From an uncultured Clostridia bacterium (lineage in GTDB: Bacteria > Bacillota > Clostridia > Lachnospirales > Anaerotignaceae), in contig CALWSS010000012.1 in assembly GCA_944384255.1 (NCBI GenBank), positions 3,398 through 67,397 on the forward strand: DNA of 64,000 nt, given 5' to 3'. Below are positions 38,797 through 47,834 of the stretch, piece after piece (positions within the stretch are counted from its first letter, which is position 1; each line of letters starts with the position of its first letter). Under the pieces are notes generated by a model. The model worked only from the letters and a program-made list of their open reading frames with translations, was not told where the DNA came from and did not search any database. A program made the translations under genes and the position numbers.

Positions 38797-41496
38797 CTAA
38801 AACTCTTTAAGCCAAGGCTTAACTATCTCGCCTTTTAAACTTCTGTCACATAATAAAACATATTCTCTGGCAGCTTTGTCTTTGCTGTCACGCTGAAGAA
38901 CATCTATAAAACGCTTTCTTGCATATACAAATGATTCTGCCATAAAAAGCTTTACACCTTCTTCAAAATCAGTTTTGGTGTCTAACTTTAATCTTTGACG
39001 CTCTTGGCTTTCACCATTTAATATTTCATAAACCGCTTCTAACCTGTTTTCAGATGATATATGCAAGTAACCTATTGTTCTGGTGCTGTAGCGATTAAAA
39101 AAGTTTTCTATATCATCGGCAGCACTTGAAGATATAAGTATACATGAACCAAAATCAACTGCCATTTGCTGCAAAAACCATGAAAGGCTTCCATGTTCCG
39201 AAATTGTAAGAGGCACCATTCTTTTTGGCAAACCTATAACACCAAATCTCAAAGCTTCTTTAGCTATGCCTATGCTAAACCCTTCCTTGGTGTCATTAAG
39301 TTTCTGCATTAAATCAACTGCACATTCGGCTGCATTATTTTTACTTTCTTTAGTAAAAACAGTTTCTTCTCCGCCTTCAAATATACGTCGGACAGTTCCC
39401 CCATAAGAATGTATAATAGGTATTTCCTTAGGCAGATATTTATTGCTGTATGAAAACACCTCATCATATTTCTTTAAAACTGCCCTCTTATATCCTACAG
39501 AATTAACAGCCATAACTGTTGCATTAAAATTTTTCCCTTCCCCGGCAGATACACCCTTTATACCGCTTTTTTGTAAAATGTAAAACAGCTTAGACGGCAC
39601 AAAAGATTCATACTTCTTTTGAAATGCTTCCATTTCAGATACTCTGTTTTCTATTACTTCAGCCATTTTATCAAATTCATCGGCAATTACCGCTATTTCA
39701 TGATTACCCTTAATATTGGCTCTTGCATATACATTGCCGTTTGCAGCCTCAGTCATAGCTTGTCTTAAAACTTTAAGAGACCTTGTATTTATCCACAGAA
39801 CAACCTGAATTAATATAAATATTATTGCTGCTGAGAGCAAAAGAAGTTTTTTAATTGTAATAGCATTATTTAATATTTCAAGCTCAAGAACAATTATATT
39901 TTCTTTAAACTCAAGAACACCTAAAATCTCACCTTCAGTATTTTTAATAGGTGTAAATACTGATATATATCTTCCCGATATATCGTTATACTCTGTATAT
40001 ACGACTTTATTGTCCTCAGCCGCTTCTTTCATACAATCATATACATTAGATGCAACCTGATACTTTACAGGCACACCTAACTGATAATTATGTGTAGCAC
40101 TGTATACTTCACCATTTTTATAAAAATATACATCAGGATATACAAAATCAGTAACTTTCTCTGAAGTATTTTGCAAATAATCTATATCTTGGGTTTTATA
40201 AAATCTTTTATTTATATTTATAAGCTCATCTATTGTAAGGCGGTCTTTTTTCCTATATTGCTCGAATAATTCAACATCAAGGTATTTTTTAGCTTCTTCA
40301 GCTTTTACAGCTAGCTCCTGAATCTTTTGATTTTTTTCATCAGAAGGCTGTTTATCTATAAAATAAAACAACCCGGCTGTGCCTATAACCATAACAGGAA
40401 TAATAAGCATTGTTGCTATAGCCAAAACAGGAGCTCCGTATTTTCTTTTCCAAATTTTATAAAAAATATAAGCATATATTTCCAAAGCTGCAAATATACT
40501 TAATGCCATTATTGCAGAGACAAAAATCACTTGTCCTTCAGACCAAGTAAGCTCATCAAGCACATATTCTTTTTGACCGCATATAGCAGGTACATTTCTA
40601 CCATCTTCTAAAGGCAGAACTCCACAATATACTCCGTCTTCTTCATATGCATTATACATTTTAGAAGCATTAAATGATTGAGCATATATAACCTTATGGT
40701 CAAAACACAGCTCTACTTTTTCATAGTTAGTTTGGCTTGTTACTTTATAGTCATATCCTGTATCAAGGTTATGAAAATGCAGTTCATTTTTGTTTACATC
40801 ATAATTAACATTTTGAGTACCTATTTGTGAGCCGTCATTTAAAAATATCAAGCGTTCTTTACCGGTCTTATCAACATTACTTATATCACCATTTAATGTC
40901 AGAACAAAAAAGCCGTCGCCATAATCATAAATCAAATAACTTGTATCCTGAATTTTTGTTTCGCTTAATTTATTTGCTGTATTATCAGAATTAAGCACAT
41001 ACTGGCTTATTACATTTTCATACGGTTCATATGTGTTAAGTATTGCGTTGTTATCTTCATCAAAGTTAAAACTAAAAAAATCCTCATCAGCCAAATCTGA
41101 TACATTCCATAATGTATCAAGATGTCTGGAATTAAAATTACAATAATCTATAGTATCAATATACATTTCTTTTTCTGTTTCATACTGCTGGCGGTGGATG
41201 TATATGTTTAAGTCATTATCCATAATCATATTATTGAGTATTACCATATTATCGTTATACTCTATAGGATATGTAAAATATTCATTTTCGTCTTTATCCA
41301 CATTGTACCGAAAAATATAGTACTTATCCTCTGCCATGTCTATTCCATATATGTATCCGTTTTTGTAATAAGCCATATTAACGGACTGTATTTTATGTAT
41401 GCTGTGATTTGAAACAAAACGGTATGAGAATACCGATACTACAGCTAATATTAATATAGAAAATATAACAGCTAATTTTTTAACCATACATACCAT
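38797..41496 (-). CDS. 2-TM membrane protein: extracytoplasmic domain + HAMP + more degenerate cyclase-homology domain + TPR tail (paralogue B)
   Basis: Same architecture as 36148..38781. HAMP-like LKVLRQAMTEAANGN...IAVIADEFDKMAEVIE. Cyclase-like FVPSKL.., ATVMAVNSVGYKRAV (Asn in place of the metal Asp), GGTVRRIFEGGEETVF. C-terminal TPR-like FMAESFVYARKRFIDVL. Confidence 0.6.
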   Translation of the reverse strand: MVCMVKKLAVIFSILILAVVSVFSYRFVSNHSIHKIQSVNMAYYKNGYIYGIDMAEDKYYIFRYNVDKDENEYFTYPIEYNDNMVILNNMIMDNDLNIYIHRQQYETEKEMYIDTIDYCNFNSRHLDTLWNVSDLADEDFFSFNFDEDNNAILNTYEPYENVISQYVLNSDNTANKLSETKIQDTSYLIYDYGDGFFVLTLNGDISNVDKTGKERLIFLNDGSQIGTQNVNYDVNKNELHFHNLDTGYDYKVTSQTNYEKVELCFDHKVIYAQSFNASKMYNAYEEDGVYCGVLPLEDGRNVPAICGQKEYVLDELTWSEGQVIFVSAIMALSIFAALEIYAYIFYKIWKRKYGAPVLAIATMLIIPVMVIGTAGLFYFIDKQPSDEKNQKIQELAVKAEEAKKYLDVELFEQYRKKDRLTIDELININKRFYKTQDIDYLQNTSEKVTDFVYPDVYFYKNGEVYSATHNYQLGVPVKYQVASNVYDCMKEAAEDNKVVYTEYNDISGRYISVFTPIKNTEGEILGVLEFKENIIVLELEILNNAITIKKLLLLSAAIIFILIQVVLWINTRSLKVLRQAMTEAANGNVYARANIKGNHEIAVIADEFDKMAEVIENRVSEMEAFQKKYESFVPSKLFYILQKSGIKGVSAGEGKNFNATVMAVNSVGYKRAVLKKYDEVFSYSNKYLPKEIPIIHSYGGTVRRIFEGGEETVFTKESKNNAAECAVDLMQKLNDTKEGFSIGIAKEALRFGVIGLPKRMVPLTISEHGSLSWFLQQMAVDFGSCILISSSAADDIENFFNRYSTRTIGYLHISSENRLEAVYEILNGESQERQRLKLDTKTDFEEGVKLFMAESFVYARKRFIDVLQRDSKDKAAREYVLLCDRSLKGEIVKPWLKEF

Positions 41497-41557
41497 CCCT
41501 GAAACAGAAAATTATACTTGTCTTTTGAAAATAATTAATTAAAATACTTTTTTATAA

Positions 41558-41944
41558 TTACTTAACCTGAATATTTGTTGTACCTGGGTTTTTAATTTCT
41601 ATTATGCCGCCGTAAGCACATGTAAGCTTGCAGTTTTGATTAAGGGCAGGCTTACCACCAACTAAAACTGTAGGGGAGCCCGGCACCCAAGTTCCGGCAA
41701 TAACAGGAAGGCACGGCATAGGTGTTAATACACCAAAAGCCGCAGCTGTAGCCGATGCAACAGTAGGGTTAGACATACTGGAGCACATTCCAAAAGGCAT
41801 TATATTAACCAGCGGCACACAGTCTGAAATATTGGCCATAGGCATTGACGACATTACTCTTGAAAGCGGCAGTACATTAAGCACAGAAGGCGCCATACCA
41901 AAACTGCACTGCAAAACTGCTCCGCCAAGCACACTATAAGGCAT
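41558..41944 (-). CDS. DUF4280 (PAAR-like) spike-tip protein
   Basis: GAVLQCSFGMAPS.L.V ... D..P..NI.PFGMC ... PC.P...G.W.PGSPTVLVGGKPAL...CKL.C..GG.I.I, the DUF4280 pattern. Confidence 0.8.
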   Translation of the reverse strand: MPYSVLGGAVLQCSFGMAPSVLNVLPLSRVMSSMPMANISDCVPLVNIMPFGMCSSMSNPTVASATAAAFGVLTPMPCLPVIAGTWVPGSPTVLVGGKPALNQNCKLTCAYGGIIEIKNPGTTNIQVK

Positions 41945-41958
41945 ATAAATTCATCTCC

Positions 41959-42666
41959 TTAAAACTGTGTAATTATCTCATCTATTTTTTCACACTTAGA
42001 ATTTAAAATAATAAAATTGTTTTTTTCACTTCGTTTTAAAACTGCTATTTCACAAATTCCAGATTCATCAGCTGTAGAAAACATTAATTGATAAAGCCCG
42101 GTTTTTATTTTTTTATGGTTTTCTTTAAGTGGTTTATTTAACTCACAAATGCCGTTTTCTGCATATTTAACATTTATTATCTCAAATATCTTATCGTTTT
42201 CTTTTGAATAAAGAAGCATATCTGCACCGTTTAAATTAAGTTTTCTTTCCTGATATATCTTTAATGAAACATCATCTTTTTTGGCATTTTCCAAAAGCCG
42301 TATATGCGGCTCATATCCGTTCTCAAAGGCATATACTTTTTCATAAGGCTTTGCCGATGTTTTAATCCAAGCTATATTACCTGCCAAAGAATATCCTTTT
42401 TTAGGTTCTGCCCATAAATTAAGTACAGAATCATCTTCTTTCAAAGTAAAATCAATGTTTATATCCTTATAAAACGGACTTTTAATTGTAATACTTTTTG
42501 GTTTTTCATTGCCTGTCACTACAAAAAAGCCTTCATCTTTAGGCAGTATTTTGGCATTACTGCCGCAGGAAAAAATAAGATAATTTTTATCGACAGGTTT
42601 ATATGTAAAACTGTCGAAAACTCTAAGTACAGAAAGAACACGTATGGAAAACCGGTCTTTAATCAT
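41959..42666 (-). CDS. hypothetical protein, beta-rich, CIS-associated
   Basis: ATG 42666 lies 4 nt after the cap-gene stop. No recognisable motif. Confidence 0.5.
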   Translation of the reverse strand: MIKDRFSIRVLSVLRVFDSFTYKPVDKNYLIFSCGSNAKILPKDEGFFVVTGNEKPKSITIKSPFYKDINIDFTLKEDDSVLNLWAEPKKGYSLAGNIAWIKTSAKPYEKVYAFENGYEPHIRLLENAKKDDVSLKIYQERKLNLNGADMLLYSKENDKIFEIINVKYAENGICELNKPLKENHKKIKTGLYQLMFSTADESGICEIAVLKRSEKNNFIILNSKCEKIDEIITQF

Positions 42667-42670
42667 TGCT

Positions 42671-43252
42671 CTATTCCTCCGAATTATCATTAAGCTCAAC
42701 AGTAAATTCTGTTACCCTGCTTATTCTTCTTGCCTTAGTTGACTCAAGCTCTATTGGTGTAACTCTGTAGCAAAGAGATGTTTTATAAGGCTTAGTTGTA
42801 TCGTTCCATAACTTCATTTTTTCTTCTGTATCTAAATTCAAAAGCTCTATTCTTATATCAGCACCCATGGTATCATTGCCGAATTCTTCTCCGCTTATTA
42901 TTGAATTATTGGATAATATCTGCATAACACGGCCTAAAATACGTTGTTCCTGAACAGCTCTGAATTTAATGTCACTGGCAGAATATGCCGTAATCATGTA
43001 GTACAGACTTAAAACAACAGGCGGAAATTTCTGCTGGTCATAGCTGTAGTTAACCATACCGCTTCTTTTAAAATCATTATTTTCTGCAATATCATATAAA
43101 TAAATGCCGACAGAAAAATCACCTTTTTCATCCGGTCCACAAAGGCCTATACCATTTTTGTCCGGTATCAAGTCCGGAACCATCCCGTCACAAAGCAAAC
43201 TGACTATTTTTTCGCTTATATCAGCAATAACAGTATACCTTCCCATAGGCAT
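42671..43252 (-). CDS. DUF4255 tail terminator/cap protein (Afp16/Pvc16-like)
   Basis: ..FSVGIYLYDIAENNDFKRSG...PPVVLSLYYMITAYS...EEKMKLWN....YKTSLCYRVTPIELE matches the Pvc16 N-terminal (DUF4255) pattern. Confidence 0.8.
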   Translation of the reverse strand: MPMGRYTVIADISEKIVSLLCDGMVPDLIPDKNGIGLCGPDEKGDFSVGIYLYDIAENNDFKRSGMVNYSYDQQKFPPVVLSLYYMITAYSASDIKFRAVQEQRILGRVMQILSNNSIISGEEFGNDTMGADIRIELLNLDTEEKMKLWNDTTKPYKTSLCYRVTPIELESTKARRISRVTEFTVELNDNSEE

Positions 43253-43375
43253 CTCCTTTTAAAAACTTAAATTACAAAATCGTTTGGCACAGTATGTAAA
43301 GTGCCTTGTCAAAATACTTCAACAAAAAATTATTTAAAGATTCACAGTAAGAACATATTATGCAAAAAGCATTTA

Positions 43376-45124
43376 TTAACCGCTAATTTCATTTTCAGTA
43401 TCTGATAAAATTTCAGAATCCATATTCTGTGTTTTGCCGGATACTTCGGTATCATCTGAATTATTATCAGATTCTGAGATGTCTTTGCTATCGTTTGAGT
43501 TATCTTCTTTATTTTCTTCTGTCTCTGACTGTTCTTCAGCCGAGCTTTGGCCGTTTTCCTGCTGTTCATTATCTCCGGATAATTCCTCTTGAGGTGTAAC
43601 AAGTACTCCGTCACGGAATTCACCTTCTTCAACAACTGCTCCTGTAGCTGAATCATACAATGCACCTGAACCGCTGTACCGTCCAAGAAGGAATGAACCT
43701 TTATATTTTACGGCTCCGTTTGTATCATATAATGTGCCTTCACCGTCATACTGGCCCATACGGAAACTGCCTTCATATACTTTAAAATTCGTTTCGGCAT
43801 TATAAAGTGTGCCGTTTCCGTCATACATGCCTTCTGCAAAGCTTCCGCTGTAAATTAATGAACCATTCTCAGCGTTATAAAGCTTGCCTTCTCCGTCATA
43901 TACTCCGTTTTTCCACTGTCCGTCATAAATAAGAACATCTTTTTCGTAAGCTTTGCCTGAACCGCTTTCAAGGCCTTCCTCAAAACTTCCGCTATATACA
44001 AGATTGCCCTCTTCGTCATACAGCTTGCCTTCACCTGAGAAATTGCCGTTTTCATAACCGCCTTCATAGCGTATTGTACCGTCTTCATACCTTAATACAA
44101 TATTGCCGCTTGTAAGACCTGTATTGTCATTTTCTCCTGTAGGCCCTATTATTCCGTTTTCGTTATAATCAACAACTACATCTGGCAGTACATTTTCAAA
44201 ATTACCCTGATAAACTATATTTCCATTTTGATAAAGAGTACCTGTGCCGCTATACAAGCCATTGGCAAAGTTGCCTTCATAGCATTTTAAACCGTTGCTG
44301 TATAAAATACCCATTCCTGAAAAACTGCCCTGAGAAAATCCACCGCTATATGTAAGTACACCCTTTGTATCATAAAGATTACCCTGACCGTCATATATGC
44401 CGTTGGCAAAACTGCCTTCATACAATTTAACACCGGTTGGGTAATACAATATTCCGCTTCCGTTATAAAGCCCGGCTGTAAATCCGCCTTCATACTTTTT
44501 TTCTCCATTTTCATAAAACAGTGTGCCGTTTCCGTCATACTCATTCATTGCAAAATTACCCATATATTCCATTGTGCCGTTAGGGTAATACATCTCACCG
44601 TATCCGTCAAATGCTTCCATTTGCAAAGAACCGCTGTAAACCATATTTCCAGCTTCGTCATAAACGGTTCCTGTGCCTACTATTCTGCCGTTTTCAAGAG
44701 TGCCTTCAAACCGCAGAACACCGCTTTTTCTGTCTATAAGACGCACCTTTCCATTGTATCCCGGTATTATATCCGAATCTATAGGCATTGTTTTTACAAG
44801 AAACTTCTGCTCAATAACCGGGTAAGCATAGTTTAAGAAAAGCCCCGGCAGTACAATTATAAAAAGCAGAAGCAGAAAAAGCAGTTTTTTTGCCACATAA
44901 TGCTCACCTATCAAAACGTATGCCTTAATGTTCTGAGGAGCCTTTTTAATTGATTTCATCTCCTGCATAACATCATTTGTAGCCCGTCTTGCAATGGAGC
45001 TTGGCTGTGCAAGGGTTTTAACCTTACGTACAGCATTTGACAAAGGCATAAATATTGTTCTGCCCATACGTTTTATGTATATATCCATGCTGTCTTTGAA
45101 ATTTGACGAACTTGAAAATTTCAT
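43376..45124 (-). CDS. single-TM MORN-repeat protein with acidic C-terminal tail
   Basis: TM LLFLLLLFIIVLPGLFL about residue 85, followed by more than 12 MORN-type repeats (YEG.F..G...G.G.LY...G). C-terminal Glu/Asp/Ser/Asn-rich tail. Confidence 0.8.
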   Translation of the reverse strand: MKFSSSSNFKDSMDIYIKRMGRTIFMPLSNAVRKVKTLAQPSSIARRATNDVMQEMKSIKKAPQNIKAYVLIGEHYVAKKLLFLLLLFIIVLPGLFLNYAYPVIEQKFLVKTMPIDSDIIPGYNGKVRLIDRKSGVLRFEGTLENGRIVGTGTVYDEAGNMVYSGSLQMEAFDGYGEMYYPNGTMEYMGNFAMNEYDGNGTLFYENGEKKYEGGFTAGLYNGSGILYYPTGVKLYEGSFANGIYDGQGNLYDTKGVLTYSGGFSQGSFSGMGILYSNGLKCYEGNFANGLYSGTGTLYQNGNIVYQGNFENVLPDVVVDYNENGIIGPTGENDNTGLTSGNIVLRYEDGTIRYEGGYENGNFSGEGKLYDEEGNLVYSGSFEEGLESGSGKAYEKDVLIYDGQWKNGVYDGEGKLYNAENGSLIYSGSFAEGMYDGNGTLYNAETNFKVYEGSFRMGQYDGEGTLYDTNGAVKYKGSFLLGRYSGSGALYDSATGAVVEEGEFRDGVLVTPQEELSGDNEQQENGQSSAEEQSETEENKEDNSNDSKDISESDNNSDDTEVSGKTQNMDSEILSDTENEISG

Positions 45125-45127
45125 GCC

Positions 45128-46075
45128 TTACTCAACTCCACTCGTATCTGCTTTTTCCGATTCTGCGTTTTCTGATGAATTTTCATCAACTGACTCTTTA
45201 TCTTCAGCTGTATCTTTATTAGTTACAATAACTGTACCTATTGTTGTAAAGTTTTCATTATATCCCGGCTCAGCTAAAACTCCCATTATAGATACTGCAA
45301 GATAGCCTACAGCAAGTATTAAAAGTGCCGGCTGTATTAGCTTTTTTATAAATGAGCCGATTTTTTTTATAATATCCCAGACTTTAAATTTAAAGCTTTG
45401 CGGCTCCAAATCTTCCTGTTTTCTGCCAAAATAAATTTGATAAACCTGATAATATTTTTCATAAATTTCCATATAATTTGTCATATCATTATGTCCAGCA
45501 CTATAAACAAAAGTTTCCAGTTCCGGCATTGAGCGTTCTTTAAGCTCATAGGCAAATACAAATTTAATTACTTCAGCAAGAGATTTAGTACCGTCTTTAA
45601 ACTCAACTGAATCAAATTTATCAATGTCGAGGCAGTTATAATTAAAATAAACTTCATTGTCACTTGTTAATGTAATCCGCCTTATATCCATAGCAGATGA
45701 AAAAAAATACACCGGCATATTAAGTATAAGTATCTTTTCCAGAATATTTTTAATAATTTCAAGTCTTTCGCTTAAACTGCATTTTTCAGAAGCAATTTTT
45801 CTCTCCAGCTCAGTTCCGGCATGATACTTAAGGAGTACATACAAACAGTCATTATTAATAAAAAAATCCGTTAAATCCGAAAAATTCTCATTTTTCATCT
45901 CTTCCATAAGAAATCTTATCTCTTCACCTCTTACAGATGAAAGTTTCTGGCAGAGAGCGCAGTACTGGCTTTTATCCGGTGTATCAAGCTCATAACAAAT
46001 ATACTGGTGCACATTATCGTTGCCCAGATATTCCTGCGTTACCATATATTTTTTGGTAAGATTTCTGATAATCAT
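45128..46075 (-). CDS. membrane-anchored protein, possibly a degenerate protein-kinase-like fold
   Basis: N-terminal ~230 aa loosely kinase-shaped (..CLYVLLKYHAGTEL.., ..MDIRRITLTSDNEVYFNY.. where HRD..N/DFG would be, catalytic residues absent). TM ALLILAVGYLAVSIMGVL, then an acidic tail. Low-confidence fold guess. Confidence 0.45.
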   Translation of the reverse strand: MIIRNLTKKYMVTQEYLGNDNVHQYICYELDTPDKSQYCALCQKLSSVRGEEIRFLMEEMKNENFSDLTDFFINNDCLYVLLKYHAGTELERKIASEKCSLSERLEIIKNILEKILILNMPVYFFSSAMDIRRITLTSDNEVYFNYNCLDIDKFDSVEFKDGTKSLAEVIKFVFAYELKERSMPELETFVYSAGHNDMTNYMEIYEKYYQVYQIYFGRKQEDLEPQSFKFKVWDIIKKIGSFIKKLIQPALLILAVGYLAVSIMGVLAEPGYNENFTTIGTVIVTNKDTAEDKESVDENSSENAESEKADTSGVE

Positions 46076-46081
46076 TTGTTT

Positions 46082-47812
46082 TTACTCCCTTACAACTATA
46101 AAAATAGAAGCTTTTATTTCCGGCGCTTCCTGACACTGTGCTGTTACCTCATAAACACCCGGTATATTAGGTGCCGTATATGTTCCGTCAGAAGCAATGC
46201 TTCCGCTTTGTTCATCTTTAACATGCCATATTATTGTGGCATACGGCATATTTTCACATACCGCTTTTAAATAATATGATTCCCTAACTTTCAGCTCAAG
46301 TTTGTTAGGTACAATATACATATATTTGTTTTCGCTTTCATCATCTTCAGGCATAAAATCCGCTTCAGCTCTCCAGCAAACATTAATAAACTGTCTGCTT
46401 GTAGGCTCTGTAAGTCTTACACCTATTACAAAAGAGCCTTTTGATGTATCAAGTCTTGCTGCAAGCTCAGCACAGACTTCCATATCGTTAAAAATCTCGC
46501 CTGAGCCGAAATACATTAAATCGTCCTGTTGTATAGAAAGCTCAATATTAACAGGCCCTATGCCAAGGCCATGAATAATTTCATGTGAGAAAAAGCTCTG
46601 CTCACGTTTTCCTCCTATGCCTAATGGAATCTGTACAACGCCATGAGCTTTTCTTAAACTTATGTTATTTTTAGCAGGCGCTTTATCATCTGCCTTATTT
46701 TCATGCTCCAACATTTTATAGTTGTTTTTTAATGCTTTAATTTCCTGCTGCATACCGCCTGTTATTCCCATTAAAAGGAATGTGCTGTATAAATATTGAT
46801 TAAACGGCACTTGTGTTATTTTTTCTATCATATAAGAGCTGTCAATTTTAATAAGTGAAATTTTAGCAAGATATATACCTTGAGGGTAATTATTTCGTAC
46901 TGTTTTTTCCATTACAGACTCAAAATATCTTTCTTTCATAGCCTGTATATTGTCTAAATGTGTTAATGGAATATCAATAATTTTTTTACTTTGCGGATGA
47001 AGCACTTCTCTGCCTTCCTGAATTTTTATGTTTTCAGGAACGATATGTATATTTACACTGCCATACTCCAGTTCCATTGCCTCAAGCACAAATGTTTTGC
47101 TTTGCTTTTCGCCTCTTTCCAGTATTACATTATCCCATTTTGCATTTAAAGCAGGTTTTCCGCCGCAGAATGCTTTTGAAATGTCTTCTTGTATATCAAC
47201 TGAAACCTGAGCGGCATTGCTTATATTTTCAAGCTCAATAGTTGTTTCCATTACTCCGCCGCTTGTTACACTTAAAGGAAATATTTGTATAATTCGGATT
47301 TGGTAATCCTCATAAATAATTTCTTTCTTTTCAAATAAGCCTTCCAATGTCATATCACTGTTTTCCGGCTCTTTATCTGTTAAATAAAGATGATATTTTT
47401 CACGGGTCTTGTCAAATGTATCTTCCTGCTTAATTTCTCCGGAAGCTATATTGTGTGAAGGAAATTCTCCCTGCTCATCATAAGCGATACATAAATATGC
47501 AAAGTCACCACGGCCGTTTTCCATAATAGCATCAAATCCGTCTATAGTAGAAAGACGGTAAACTGACGGTATATCAACTAAAATTTCCCTGCCTGAAAAA
47601 TCAAAAGCAACTCCGTCCTCAACAGAAATACTCTTTTCATCTACCATAACTACACGAAGACCGGCCGCAATGCCGACACCATGAAGAAAACGGTTGTGCA
47701 GACGTCGTTTATCATTAAAATACTGCTGTTCCTGTATAAAATCCTGTTCAGTCAACAGCTTGCCATAATAATATCTGTTCCTTTCAAAAGGAAAATATTT
47801 AAGGTTATTCAT
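46082..47812 (-). CDS. CIS baseplate-distal protein, candidate fibre/receptor-binding protein with C-terminal Ig-like domain
   Basis: Sits at the Afp13 position after the gpI-like gene. Has an N-terminal FERNRYYYGKLLTEQDF..NRFLHGVGIAAGLRV block. C-terminal ..SDGTYTAPNIPGVYEVTAQ.. resembles Big_2-type Ig domains. Confidence 0.4.
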   Translation of the reverse strand: MNNLKYFPFERNRYYYGKLLTEQDFIQEQQYFNDKRRLHNRFLHGVGIAAGLRVVMVDEKSISVEDGVAFDFSGREILVDIPSVYRLSTIDGFDAIMENGRGDFAYLCIAYDEQGEFPSHNIASGEIKQEDTFDKTREKYHLYLTDKEPENSDMTLEGLFEKKEIIYEDYQIRIIQIFPLSVTSGGVMETTIELENISNAAQVSVDIQEDISKAFCGGKPALNAKWDNVILERGEKQSKTFVLEAMELEYGSVNIHIVPENIKIQEGREVLHPQSKKIIDIPLTHLDNIQAMKERYFESVMEKTVRNNYPQGIYLAKISLIKIDSSYMIEKITQVPFNQYLYSTFLLMGITGGMQQEIKALKNNYKMLEHENKADDKAPAKNNISLRKAHGVVQIPLGIGGKREQSFFSHEIIHGLGIGPVNIELSIQQDDLMYFGSGEIFNDMEVCAELAARLDTSKGSFVIGVRLTEPTSRQFINVCWRAEADFMPEDDESENKYMYIVPNKLELKVRESYYLKAVCENMPYATIIWHVKDEQSGSIASDGTYTAPNIPGVYEVTAQCQEAPEIKASIFIVVRE

Positions 47813-47834
47813 AATACGGAAGTCCTCCTTTTAT

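Noticed and set aside
43342-43686. 114-aa minus-strand ORF overlapping the 3' end of the MORN gene in another frame
   Set aside because: It lies almost entirely inside the longer ORF, which has clear MORN repeats and an acidic tail. It has no independent motif or RBS.
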